The notes under the pieces were generated by a model. That model did not search any database. It was not told the origin of the DNA and worked only from the letters and a program-made list of their open reading frames with translations. Shown piece after piece: positions 51,301 to 62,003 of a stretch of 64,000 nucleotides of DNA. This stretch comes from Narcine bancroftii (taxonomy: Eukaryota). Within the stretch, counting starts at the first letter, position 1. Each line of letters begins with the position of its first letter. Both the position numbers and the translations under genes were made by a program. The stretch is from contig NC_091472.1 in assembly GCF_036971445.1 (NCBI RefSeq), positions 168,454,001 to 168,518,000 on the forward strand. The letters are read 5' to 3'.

Positions 51301-54300
51301 GAATAAATTATTTTGATATTTGTCAACTAGTATACTCCTATTAGAAATGTAATACTTTTAAAATTATGGGTCCCTGTGATGTTGATCCTTGCACCTGTTT
51401 CTTTTTCTTTTCTATTTTATTTCTTTTTACTTCCTATTCCCTGCTGACTGTTCCCCTTTCTTTAGAACCTGGTGGTTTGGGGTGGGGGGGGGGGCGGCGC
51501 TGAGAGAAAAGGGACTCTCCTTTCCTTTTTAGTTTGTTTCTGGACCTTATCAATGTTTTTCTATGAATTTATATTCAATGTATTATTGTTATATTAATTG
51601 TCCTTTATTCTGTATTTTCTTAAAATTTAAATAAAATATTTTTAAAAATTAAATGCTACACTGTCATGAATAATTATCATACCGTTTTCTGTGAACATTT
51701 TTTGTGGACAGCTGGAGTGTGGAAACTTTTTGAGAGCTGCCTGTGCAGCATGCAAAACTAAGCTTTTCACTGAATTACTGTACACACGAAAGGAAACAAT
51801 TCAGATGCATTTCCATCTGGCAATTTCCATTGCATGTGTGGCTTTGATTCAATTTATCTATGTAATTTTTATATTGAAAGGTTCTCTCTAATGATGTCCT
51901 TGGGTTTCATACCTGCTGGGTGCTGATAATGTCTATCAAGTCTTTTCATTTAATCAGCATCACTGCTCCTCTTCATTTTCAACAAAACCTAAATTGACTA
52001 TGTATATGGATAGACCCAAGAAAGAGGGAGATGACTGGATAATTCATGGGTCAATCAAATTTGGTAACTCAGTTTTGCTTTTACGCCTGCAATAATTGTT
52101 CACTGGTGTTAATTAAATATTTATGTTTTTATAACATTGCTATGAATTTTTTCCATCACCATCCAACCACTTTACACTTTTCAAATGAGATGTACATTTT
52201 TCTGCAAATCCTATTGACATCTTTGTTCTTTTGCAGTGACCAGATCTCAAATTTATTCAGTGAATAGTAATGCACTTCAGAACCACATTTAATAGCAAAT
52301 TGATAATCGATGCATTGAATTCTTAGATGATAAAACCATGGACTATGTTAAAGTAGCTTTAATACAGGCCCATAGAAAACCACAAAATGTTTTTTTTAGC
52401 CTTCCCAGTTTTATCAGTAGTTTTAATTAGCATTCAGAAAAGAAACAAATTTCCATCCCTTATTTGGGAACTGAGAAAAAAAAAATATTTTTTAATATAT
52501 ACAAAGCTTTTTTGTGAGTATCTGAATGTTTTCTCTCAGCTTCAGCCAAGCACCAATTTAATTTTGTAAATTTTGGTGATGCACAACCTGGAGAACAAGA
52601 CTAGGGGGAAAAAAAAATCTCATTCCTGACCAGTTTATTCATAAAACAAGCTTGTCCAATCACCCATTCAGCTAGTACGCACCTTACGTAGTGACCTGGA
52701 GGCAATGACGAAATTCATGAACTCTACAGTAAGGCGCCGACATAACTGAATTGTCTGTACATGGCATTTCCCTGTGCGAGGGAATGTTGCAAACAAGAAG
52801 CACATGGACAGTGCATCGTCCAGGTCTCTGAGTGCATCAATGAAGGTCGGATACCTTAACAGGAACAGTAAAAAGTTTGTTTTATATCACCTATTACATT
52901 TAGAGCATTGAGTCAACAACATTTTAAGCAACAGGGGAAATCATAAACTTTTTTTTTAACGTAATTGGTAGGAGACAAGTACAGAAGAAATCAACTAAAC
53001 AACTGCTTCACAGGGAAGAGGGGCCATACATTTTATGCACAGTCCTCAGGGGACCATAGCCAAAAATGGCTGAGAATGACTGATTTTGATTTAATAAATT
53101 TTTATAAATACCTAATGGAAATCTAGAATGGAACATAAACAAGGGAGAAAATTTCCAAGAGCAGAGGAAAGTCATGGCAGAACTGTACATGAGGATTTTA
53201 ATATACTCGAGACGCTGTGCTTCTTACAGATCTGAAGCAGATTTACAAATCCTTTCATTTGAAATCAAAATAGAAAATAGGATAATTAGGCAAATTCAAG
53301 ATAGTGTATGAACAGATGCTTTGTTAATTATTAAAGATGTTATCAAACTGCCTGTAACTGAAATAGTTCCCCCATTAAAAGCTGATTATATATGATGAAC
53401 CACATGATGTATAAATAAAGCTTCAAGAAAGTGGTTTTTAAAAAAGATTATTCCACATCAGCTAACAAAAACACCTTCTGGATCAATAATTTAATACCAC
53501 AGGGATAAAATAGCTGGTAGAGATTAACAAAAGTTCCAAATTGCTGATAAAACCTAGAGAATAAAGGTCACTGTTGGGAGTGCTGGGTCATTGGGAAGGG
53601 TGGCAAGGATGGTCAGAGATGTATGGTGTCACTGTTGGAAGGTAATGAACATGGGAACTGGCAGCCTGCTCATGCAATGACATGCTGAGCAATGGAACAG
53701 AAATGTACAGTAACAATGTGCCACTTACAGAGTTTTCAATATTAGCCAAGTTAATGTGGATATGCTATATAGTGACACGTGGAAGATTGGGGCCAGAGAT
53801 AAATAGAATCATTTGACTTCCCAAAAAATAACGATCTTCAAGGACAACCTTAAACATTTTTGGTGGGGCACATAACAGTTAGGTCCAGTTCTGAGTGAAA
53901 GTTTGTTGCAGATGAGTGACTGGAATATGCTGCAAAGAGCAGTGTGATGGTCTGCAGTCACTGGCAAACGTCATACGCAAATATGTGCTCCAAATTTACC
54001 AATGCGTGAATGTACTGCAAATCCTCACATTACCTTACTGAAGTCTATTTTTAGAGCACTTTTACTGTGCAAGTCTGCTCTCTGTGATACTGAACTCCCT
54101 ATTCTATATCCTGCCACACTGAGCATGGAGCACAACTGGAACAAATATGGACGCCAGCTACTAAAATCCATGGACTGACATCCACCATTGGTTCAGACCA
54201 CACATACATCCACCATTGACATCCACCATTGGATCCACCTCTGTTATAAAGGTTGTTTTTGAAAACAGCTTTAACTGGTTTCACTTGCCAAAGTTACAAG

Positions 54301-57300
54301 CTCTCTTTCCATCTTCATGACATCTGACAAAACCTTTCTATTCAAATAAGCTTTGTCAGCCACAAACGAGCCTGCAGCTGACGTGGATATTACCCCTCCA
54401 TAAATCTTCGTCCGCGAAGCCAAGCCAAAGAAAGAAAAAAAAATGTGAGGGGAAATAAAAGGGTTGAAAACCACTGTTTTAATTGTACCTGATCGACTCA
54501 TTATGTGCATGGTTTCATAACTCCAAAGGAAATGGGCCAACAACAATTTTTCTCAAGTGAAATATTTCATTCACAATTGGGTCTAGAGCAATGCTTTTCA
54601 ACCTTCCCTTCCAACAAACATACCACCTTAAGCAAACCCTTACTGATTACAGAGCAGTTATGGCATAGGGATTGCTTAAGATGGAATGTGCAATTTAGGG
54701 AGGGGAGGGCAGTTTGAAAACCACTGCATTAGAGTAGCACAAGGATTCGTGCAATTAAATGCACAAAATGGTCTCTTTAAAACTTGCAAGTGTTTCTGAA
54801 ATGAAACTATCAAACTAGAGACTGCAATTCAGTGTTTTTACAGGTTAAATTTAAAAAAAAATGCTGGAGGAACTCAGCAGGCCAAACTGTAGTTTAAGAT
54901 ACATAACCATTGTTTTGGGATTGAATCCGTACAGAGTACCTTGGTTCAGGTTCCCATGAGTTCTGAACATTAGCTCCACTCCCCCCATGGAATGGAGTAA
55001 TGTTCAGATGATGGCAGCAAAATGCAATACTACAGCAAGAAAATTTGAGAAACGTGCTGCCAGCAATGATACATCCTTGTTTTACACCAAGCTTAACAGA
55101 TAATAGGCCTGGTTCATATCACAGTTTGTATGCCATTTTGGAGAAGGCAAAACAGAGGGAGTTCAAAAGCACCTCATGTTGATACATTGAAAGGCTTGGG
55201 AAAGGTTGAAAATGGTGCTGCATCCTCCATTTTTCTTGAAATTGTTACACTATGAAGATCAAATCCATGGTGCCTCGAGATAGATGTATTTCACTTATTC
55301 AGAGCACCTCTAGGCCGCTAGAAGGAAGGAATTGGGTGGTCTCAAGTCATATCACAGCTTGGACAACATCATAGTTACAGTACCTATCATGTCCTCCTCT
55401 TCCTAGTCATGGATTTGTCACTGAAGCTTTTAGCCATAACCATATAACCGTTTACAGCACGGAAACAGGCCATGTCGGCCCTTCTTTAATTGCTGATTTT
55501 TAAGATGTCAACAAAAATAGTCTCATGCGTGGCCTTGAGATTTTTGAATTGGAGTAAGGTCTTCCTCATTTCTTGCCAATCAGGTGTAAAGACAAGGCAG
55601 GCCTGGATAGGCTGCTGTATGAGTTTTTATGTGCTCAGATCATAAACAGAGTCAAGGTTGAGAAGGCCTTTGCAGAAGGTACCAACCATCTCAGCAGTCG
55701 AGTGCCACAAGCAGCTAATACATGTGCTCGAGGACCCTCAGAAGGCTGGACTGCATCCTTTCACAGAAGCAAATAAGAGGATGGGGCTTGCATCACAAGA
55801 CAGAAATCCTGTTTCAACCTCCATGCTGCCTTCATCAATAAAGGCACATGGCGAGACTCTGAAAAACGGACAGTTTACCACATTTCAGGAACAACTTCTT
55901 GATAAATGCAGGCAATTATGAAATTTGCTGGGATTATCAATGTAGCTGCAATCTCTGTTCTATATGCTTAGGGGATCTAAACTCAAATAGCATCTCAAGA
56001 CAATGCCATCTGTACAAATTCACCAGGAGGATGTGCTAAACAATAGTATCCTTCCTTTGGCCAACATCCCCAATATTAAGTCTTTGGTTACACTTAGTTG
56101 GCCACATCAGATAGGTCAGTTCACATTGGATTCTTAGTGAGAGAAGTTATGAGTATTTAAAGAACATAATCTCTTCAGGGATAATCAGCATGGCACTGTG
56201 AGTGGCAGGTTCTGCCTCACAAGTCTAATTGAGCTTTTTGAGGAGATTGCAAGTGAAATTGATGAAGGTTTGCAGATGATACAAGGTTGGAGGTGTTGTG
56301 TATAGTGTTGAAGGTTGTCATAGGTTACAACAGGATATAGACAGGATGCAGAATTGGGCAAAGAAGTGGCAGATTGGAGTTCAATCTGGATAAGCATAAT
56401 ATGATGCCCTTTGAAAGGTCAAATGAACGTAGAGTACGCAGTTAATGGCAGCATTCTTAACAAGAATGGAGGGACAAAGAAATCGTTCAAGGTTGCTGGG
56501 CAAATTGATAAGGTAGTTAAGAAGGTGTATGGTATCCATAAAGTAACAATACAGCTCTATCAAACTCTGGTTAGACCACGCTTAAGAGTATTGTGTTCAG
56601 TTCTGGTCATCTCATTACAGAAAGGATGTACATTCTTTAGAGAGAGTTGGCTGAACTGAAGAACGTGAAGTAAGGTTATTGAGCAAGGGCTTTTCTCTTT
56701 GGAGTGACGAAGGAGGAGAAGGGACCTAATAGAGGTATAGAATATTTTGAGGGGCTAAAGGAGTATGGCAGCCAGCATCTTTTCCCCAGGGCAACAAAAG
56801 CAAACACCAAACAACATCAGTTTATGATGAGTTGAGGGAAGTTTAGGGGAGATGTCAGAGGTAATTTTAAAAAAAACCATAGTGGAAACATTCCTGGAAT
56901 GCAATGCCAAGGGTGATGGAATAGGCTGCTACAATAGGGACATTCAAAAGGCTCTTATAGGCACATAGATACAAGAAAAAGTGTTTATGGGTATGAGTTA
57001 GGCTGCTGAGGAGGAAGTTTCCATAGGTCTGTACTCTGCATAATAACAGGCCCTTTTGGCCCAAGAGCCTGTACTGCCCAATTACAGCCCCCAGTACGTT
57101 TCGAACAGTGGGAGAAAATCAGAGCCCCCAGGGAAAACCCATGCAGTCACGAGGAGATTGTACAAACTCCTAACAGTCAGCACGGGATTCAAATGCTGGT
57201 CCCGATCGCTGGCGCTGTACCAGCGCTGTGCTGACCGCTACACTAACCATGTTGCCCAAATGTTCTATGTTTTACATATACTCAGCACCAGACTCTCAAA

Positions 57301-60300
57301 ACATTCTCTTCTCATAAAAAGACATTATAGATAAAAAGAGGAAAAGACAGTCAAATGTAACAAACCCCCTGACGTGTTTTTTTTTTCCTGACATATAACT
57401 GTCCCAGTGGAGAAGATACATTCAGGATGGTACAAAGATTCCCTAAGCCTTGCGTAGATGGCAGAAGGAGTGCATCATTCTGTAAACTACTCACACCACA
57501 CAGCCTGCCATCAATCCTATCAGTTCCCCACCAGGACACACATCAAAACCAATTCTACTGCACTGCCTTTGCAGAACAGAAATAAATGGAAATAATAGTT
57601 GTGAAAATGAGTGATGGTGGTGTCACCCAAGGGCTAAAAATGGATCTTCAAAAGATTTTGAAAGAGCAAGTTTGCAATTACACTTAAGCTAGCTTTGAAA
57701 CTTGGTTGATGGACTCAATCTTCTGGGATATATACTGTATAGAGCAAATACTTAAAGTTCATCTTGAGATGTAGGACATCACAAAAGTAGTCAAAATTAT
57801 GTGAACTTAAAAAGCTTCTGATGAAAAAATAAATGCTGTAAATCCTAACAGGACAGGCACCATCTGCGGCAAGAGGTGCCTAGAGAGGAAGAGGTACTGA
57901 TTTTGTGTCATCTATGTATTACATAGTTTATTTATGCTCTGCCTAGTGACAATAGAAGCACAAATGGCAGATCTCATTTACTAATTTACCCTTAAGCTGT
58001 GACAAACCTCTTAGGATACTGTACAAGTAACTTGAGATGTGACATGTGGCAAATGCAGTATGTTTGGAAGTGATAGGTGACTTTGGATATTGTTGCTGAT
58101 GTTCTCCACAACTGGAGCTTTTAAAGTCATATGTGTATTTGTTAGGAAAGATAAATGAAGAACTATTAATTTCATATACCTAATAAAAAGAAAGAAAAGA
58201 CAGTAAATTTCAAATTATTATTTTATAAATTCTTAATTTCAATTTAAAGGAACAACATGGTAGCAAGCTCTGAGCCCGCACTGTCCAAATACACTTCTTC
58301 TTTGGCTTGGCTTCGTGGACGAAGATTTATGGAGGGGTATGTCCACGTCTGCTGCAGGCTCGTTGGTGACTGACAAGTCCGATGCGGGACAGGCAGGCAC
58401 AGTTGCAAGGGAAAATTGGTTGGTTGGGGTTGGGTTTTTCCTCCTTTGTCTTTTGTCAGTGAGGTGGGCTCTGCGGTCTTCTTCAAAGGAGGTTGCTGCC
58501 CGCCGAACTGTGAGGCGCCAAGGTGCACGTTTTGAGGCGATATCAGCCCACTGGCGGTGGTCAATGTGGCAGGCACCAAGAAATTTCTTTAAGCAGTCCT
58601 TGTACCTCTTATTTGGTGCACCTCTGTCTCGGTGGCCAGTGGAGAGCTCGCCATATAACACGATCTTGCTAATTATACTACAAACCCCATACATTTTTTT
58701 TTGGAGGATAGTAGGAAACTGGAGAACCCAGAGGAAACCTACACACACATGGGGAGAACATTCAAACTCCTTACAAACAGAGCCAGATTTGAACCCACGT
58801 TGCTAGCACTGCAACAGCATTACCCTAACCACTATACTAACCATGCGCTCAAATGACCCCATTTTTAGTTTTTTTTTAATTCACCTAATTTACACATAGG
58901 TAAAAAGAAAGGTACTTCGATAGGAAAGCATAGAGAAATGCAGGCATAATGCAAGCAATTGGATTAACACAGTAAAGCACTATAGTTGGGATGGACCAGG
59001 TGGGCTCTAAGGGCCTGTTTCTGTTCTATACAATTCTATGACTATTGTATGAAAGGCAGGTTAGTTTTGAGTTTATAAATAATGGTAAAGAATCCAAGAG
59101 CAAGTAAGAAGCAATACATTTGTACAAGGAAATGTTAACCAGATACTTAATCAGCTTTGGACATTCATTACTTGAAAGGACACACAACCAGAAATGATCA
59201 TTAATGCATGATGTTACGGATTCAGAGGACCCCAAAACTCAGCAGCAATAGAAATTCACCAAATGGTTACTTCATCATAAGTTGCTTTTAATTTTCTTTA
59301 AGCATCAAAACAGGATAAAACTTTAACTTACTGCTTTTAACTTAAGCCCCTCTTCTAATTCTAAGCACATGTGCATGTAATGTGAAGATGCTCAGGAAAG
59401 TTCTTTGATTTACAGTCCATTCTCACTTCTCCAAGTTCACTGGTATCAAACAGTTCTTATACTGTGTACAGAATTTAACATTTATGAATTTTTATCAGGT
59501 TCTGGTGCTTTAAGTTAAATGGTTACCACTCAGGAAGATTCTTGTTGGTTTCAGAGAGAGATTTGTTGCTCGTTGAACACACACAAACTGATTTACTTCC
59601 ATCTGTCACTTCAGTGTCTTGCCGAAGAAACTTGCCCGATCAGGGTTTTCCAAGTGATAACCTCTTCTTCCAGGTCACCACAGAGTTCCTCTTGTTTCCC
59701 TTATTTCAGGTGAAACACTCTAGCCAGCCATTTCCTCTTCGAAGGACAAGGGTTTTCACCAGGCTGAACTCACAACCCATCTTCAAAATGGGGTTTCAAC
59801 AAACTTGCCACCCCCCCCCCCCCCCCAACCCCGCTCTCCTCTCTCTTCTCCCTCGCTCTGCTTGCAAAAACAGAACTCCTTGCAGGGCTCCAGACACATG
59901 AAAGATCTTTATCAGCACTTGAGCCCTTTAAGTTCTTTCCTAAAGCAGTTTTTATTGTCTTTGCAAAGGCACCTGGACTGTCTGGCTTGAGCAAAACTCT
60001 TGCATTTTAAATGAGATGCCTTTTGTGAAGTGTTACTGTTTGTTTGTGGGGACCTACACTAAACCCCCCCCCCCCCACAGTTCATCTCTTAAAAATATAT
60101 TTATATATAATATAACCCGTTACAATAAATTTTAAGATTCCACAGGGTGAAATGCAGTGGGTGGGTGGGAGAAGCTACCACTGCACATATTTTCACCATA
60201 AAAGAGAAACAAAAGAAAATTAATAAAGGCTTATTTTGAATGGAGCAAAAATTTTCTGATACAAGTGATAGAGTAAAAGTTATTAATTTAAAATGTCATG

Positions 60301-62003
60301 GAAAATAAGGAGTGGACTGGAGGTTTCTTTAATGGATTGGTTGTCTTTGGAATACTTCACTACAGAAAATAATATACTTCAAGTGGAGCAGATTTTAGAA
60401 GATTAAAAAACACATGACATTAGAGCATGTTTTGTGTTCCTCCACTGGTCAAAGAAACAAAAGCTAAATGGTCTCATTTGATTAAATAGTATTAATTCTG
60501 GTTTTGAATGACGTTTAGGACAATTAAGCAAGCTTTAAGCTCTCTGCTCTGTTAATTTGGGAATTAATATATTGGTGATATTCTATTTGTGTAAAACCCC
60601 ACAAAAGGATGCTGATTAGGCAATGTATTTTAATGATTTTGCTTGCAAGGTAAATATTCACCAGGAGACCAGAATGTTTACTGCTTTTCAAAATAGCATC
60701 TTGCCCAGAGGGAAGATTGGGCTGTGGTGTAAACCTTTGTTTGAAAAATACACCTCTAACAATTCCTCAATACTGCATTATGTCTAGAAGTGTGTGCTCA
60801 GATCTCTGGTGTGAGACTTGAGCTGTGAACCCGCCGAATATACAAGATGCTACCAGTGAAGTTGGAGGCATTATATCATGTATACCCTTTCAGATTAATG
60901 TTAAGTATGTCACGGCACTAGTTTGATAATGAGCAATTCAGTTTTTTCTCATGATTTGAATAATTGTTCCCATCAGCCAACAACACTAAAATAATTTTAT
61001 GGTTACTTTTCATTGCTGCATGTGTGTTTTTGTTAACAATGCTTCCCTCAATGCACGAGTGACCATAGACTTTTTATTAGCTGTATAATGTTACAGAATA
61101 CAATCAATTGAGGTATCACAAGTATTTCATTAAATACTGTAGCTGATGGATGTACATGATCCTTTATCCGGACACCTAAAATCCGGAAAGCTCCAAAATC
61201 CAGCAAGTGAGGACTGGCGGCCGGGGGAGACGGCCGGGTGACTGGAAGGGGGTGGGGGTGGATAGGCAGCACAATTCGGGTGGTCTTTCCGAAATCCAGA
61301 AAAATCCAAAATTCAGAACACATTGTCACCCAAGGGTTCCAGATAAAGGATCGTGTACCTGTAGTAATTTCTATGTAGCACACTTAAACAATGCAAGTTT
61401 CATTGTCACAAGTCATTTCAAAATGCAGAGTAATTCTTGAATTCATCTCGAGCTCCTCTAATATGATTATTTAAATTTGTTTTAAAAATTGCAGATATTT
61501 ATAACTACTTAACTGCATCAAAAATGAGCTTTCAAAGAATTAAAAATGTTTAGGATATACCTAATATTAGGTCATTTTGGATGCAGATAAATAGTTATGG
61601 GTATCTCCAAACTTTTTATTTTTCCTTCCCACACATTTTAATAACCTCTCTCTGGAGAAGCTTGAGATAAATTAAAGAATTGCTGCTTTCTTTTCAAAAA
61701 AAAGCTTTCTGAATTTTCCATCCTTTTAGTGTTCCTTGGAATTCTCTAAACCAGGTCTTGGATTCTATTATCCTCACTATAACCAACAGTGAAGGCTTGC
61801 CTGGAGTCATCCATTTAATATACAACAGAAACAATGCAATAATGGATAAAACAGAGTGGCCTCATGAACATGAACAATTTCCTCACAAATTACCTTTCTT
61901 TGACGATATGGTCTAGCTTGTATGCAGGTTTATTGTCCTTAAGCCTATCAACCGAATTCCATTCTGCTTTTCCAAAGGCTTTACGGAGTCTACGAACAAA
62001 TAC
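29504..62003 (-). CDS. pes1: Pescadillo homolog (PeBoW complex, 60S biogenesis); partial gene, 12 coding exons, 498 aa in window
   Basis: join(62003-61894, 52854-52683, 46708-46619, 41229-41113, 39599-39519, 39443-39357, 37898-37768, 37131-37006, 35355-35171, 32048-31906, 30751-30584, 29590-29504) = 1497 nt, open frame, all GT-AG. The translation matches PES1 (N-terminal domain, BRCT, acidic tract, basic C-terminus). Confidence 0.97.
30584..30751 (-). CDS. pes1: pes1 exon 14 equivalent
   Basis: [16 protein letters not shown]...[29 protein letters not shown]; cag/gt boundaries. Confidence 0.96.
31270..31870 (+). repeat. Unclassified interspersed repeat
   Basis: GC-richer block ending in AATAAA plus short tandem motifs typical of non-LTR element tails. 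Confidence 0.35.
31906..32048 (-). CDS. pes1: pes1 exon 13 equivalent (acidic tract)
   Basis: [17 protein letters not shown]...[13 protein letters not shown]; tacag acceptor, gtaagt donor; phases fit the neighbouring exons. Confidence 0.9.
32170..33496 (+). mobile_element. Old L1 3' fragment, antisense in a pes1 intron
   Basis: Degenerate ORF2 C-terminus ([10 protein letters not shown]; YNFIHQLY; [11 protein letters not shown]; IPL), G-rich UTR, microsatellite, AATAAA and A-tail. Confidence 0.8.
33850..34950 (+). mobile_element. Old CR1-like fragment
   Basis: Purine-rich degenerate endonuclease-region sequence with no open frame. Confidence 0.35.
35171..35355 (-). CDS. pes1: pes1 exon 12 equivalent (BRCT C-terminal part)
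   Basis: [13 protein letters not shown]...[25 protein letters not shown]; 185 nt. Confidence 0.97.
35445..35960 (-). mobile_element. CR1-like LINE fragments
   Basis: 3' tail (GGAAAATGGCCCTTTGGCCCAAC...) plus RT-region remnants (TTGTCAAAGG, AAAGCCATGCT). Confidence 0.55.
36574..36828 (-). mobile_element. tRNA-derived V-SINE (HE1-like)
   Basis: Minus strand: GGTGGCACAGTTAG (A box)...GGATTCAAATTC (B box), V-domain GGAGTTTG...TTCTCCCCGTGTCTGCGTG...TTTCCTCCCAC, then a LINE-like tail. Confidence 0.85.
37006..37131 (-). CDS. pes1: pes1 exon 11 equivalent (BRCT)
   Basis: [33 protein letters not shown]; 126 nt. Confidence 0.97.
37768..37898 (-). CDS. pes1: pes1 exon 10 equivalent
   Basis: [44 protein letters not shown]; 131 nt. 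Confidence 0.96.
38105..38425 (-). mobile_element. V-SINE interrupted by an RTE 3' end (38303-38397)
   Basis: Homologous to 36574-36828; the insert matches the RTE tail at 58294-58390. Confidence 0.8.
39357..39443 (-). CDS. pes1: pes1 exon 9 equivalent
   Basis: [29 protein letters not shown]; tag/gtaagt boundaries. Confidence 0.95.
39519..39599 (-). CDS. pes1: pes1 exon 8 equivalent
   Basis: [27 protein letters not shown]; followed by a 75-bp intron. Confidence 0.92.
41113..41229 (-). CDS. pes1: pes1 exon 7 equivalent
   Basis: [39 protein letters not shown]; 117 nt. Confidence 0.97.
41991..42315 (+). mobile_element. 5'-truncated L1 3' end, antisense in a pes1 intron
   Basis: Near-identical to the reverse complement of 27663-27985; TSD AAG(A/G)GTCAAGAGCA at 41980 and 42314. 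Confidence 0.92.
43595..43785. mobile_element. Tc1/mariner (Tigger-like) MITE
   Basis: Imperfect TIRs CAGCAAAAAACACTGGTATCCAG / CTGGATAACAAAGTCTTACTC, flanked by TA on both sides. Confidence 0.6.
44345..45057 (-). mobile_element. Rex1/Babar-type LINE 3' fragment
   Basis: Minus-strand frames give [12 protein letters not shown]...[23 protein letters not shown] and [10 protein letters not shown], the typical Rex1 RT C-terminus. Confidence 0.75.
45434..46031. mobile_element. Tc1/mariner-like MITE
   Basis: TA|CAGTATGTTTCC...GGAAACGTAATG termini with repeated AAAATCC.GTTA.CC subterminal motifs. Confidence 0.55.
46619..46708 (-). CDS. pes1: pes1 exon 6 equivalent
   Basis: [30 protein letters not shown]; 90 nt; tag/gtaagt boundaries. 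Confidence 0.97.
47058..47222 (-). mobile_element. L1 RT fragment
   Basis: [23 protein letters not shown]...VALDAEKA. Confidence 0.85.
47225..50529 (+). mobile_element. Second, more decayed CsRn1-type Gypsy element; 5' LTR and most of gag missing
   Basis: Degenerate knuckle [18 protein letters not shown]; [10 protein letters not shown]; YLDD near 48360; RNase [16 protein letters not shown]; integrase [14 protein letters not shown]; PYEGP; G-rich PPT 50300-50315; 3' LTR 50325-50529 (TGTAGC...GCCACA). Confidence 0.9.
50530..51652 (+). mobile_element. Old L1 3' fragment, beginning directly after the Gypsy LTR
   Basis: [44 protein letters not shown]; G-rich UTR; AATAAA tail. Confidence 0.85.
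52683..52854 (-). CDS. pes1: pes1 exon 5 equivalent
   Basis: [57 protein letters not shown]; 172 nt. Confidence 0.97.
54353..54437 (+). mobile_element. RTE LINE 3' end
   Basis: Reverse complement of 38303-38390, ending in an AAAG-type tail. Confidence 0.8.
54441..54726. mobile_element. hAT composite MITE, copy 3 (left unit truncated)
   Basis: GGTTGAAAACCACTG, the same spacer at 54477-54588, and a second unit at 54589-54726. Confidence 0.8.
55500..56125 (+). mobile_element. Old RTE RT fragments
   Basis: Degenerate ...ANIPNIKSL... region typical of the RTE RT C-terminus. Confidence 0.4.
56135..56995 (+). mobile_element. CR1-like LINE RT and 3' fragments
   Basis: QHG...[39 protein letters not shown]. 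Confidence 0.75.
57040..57257 (-). mobile_element. V-SINE
   Basis: Homologous to 36574-36828. Confidence 0.8.
58236..58846 (-). mobile_element. V-SINE interrupted by an RTE 3' fragment
   Basis: SINE halves 58236-58293 and 58669-58846 are contiguous relative to the intact copy at 36574-36828. Confidence 0.8.
58294..58668 (-). mobile_element. RTE-clade LINE 3' fragment
   Basis: [27 protein letters not shown]...W...R..WR...FEEDRR is an RTE ORF C-terminus; GAA-type tail. Confidence 0.85.
59212..60124 (-). mobile_element. Solo LTR (~0.91 kb), related to 19113-20184
   Basis: TGTTACGG...CCGTTACA inverted termini; flanks ATGA/ATAA; both ends align to the reverse complement of the other solo LTR. 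Confidence 0.78.
61152..61361. mobile_element. Tc1/mariner-like MITE
   Basis: TIRs GTACATGATCCTTTATCCGGA / TCCAGATAAAGGATCGTGTAC. Confidence 0.7.
61894..62003 (-). CDS. pes1: pes1 exon 4 equivalent
   Basis: [37 protein letters not shown]; 110 nt; cag/gtaa boundaries. Confidence 0.97.

Noticed and set aside
54178-54240. ACATCCACCATTG repeated three times with uneven spacing (CRISPR-like?)
   Set aside because: Eukaryotic context, 13-bp unit, no regular spacers or cas genes; most likely a local slippage duplication.
58239-58806. Overlapping 169-aa and 163-aa ORFs
   Set aside because: Chimeric frames over the V-SINE and RTE insertion; only the RTE C-terminal part derives from real coding sequence.
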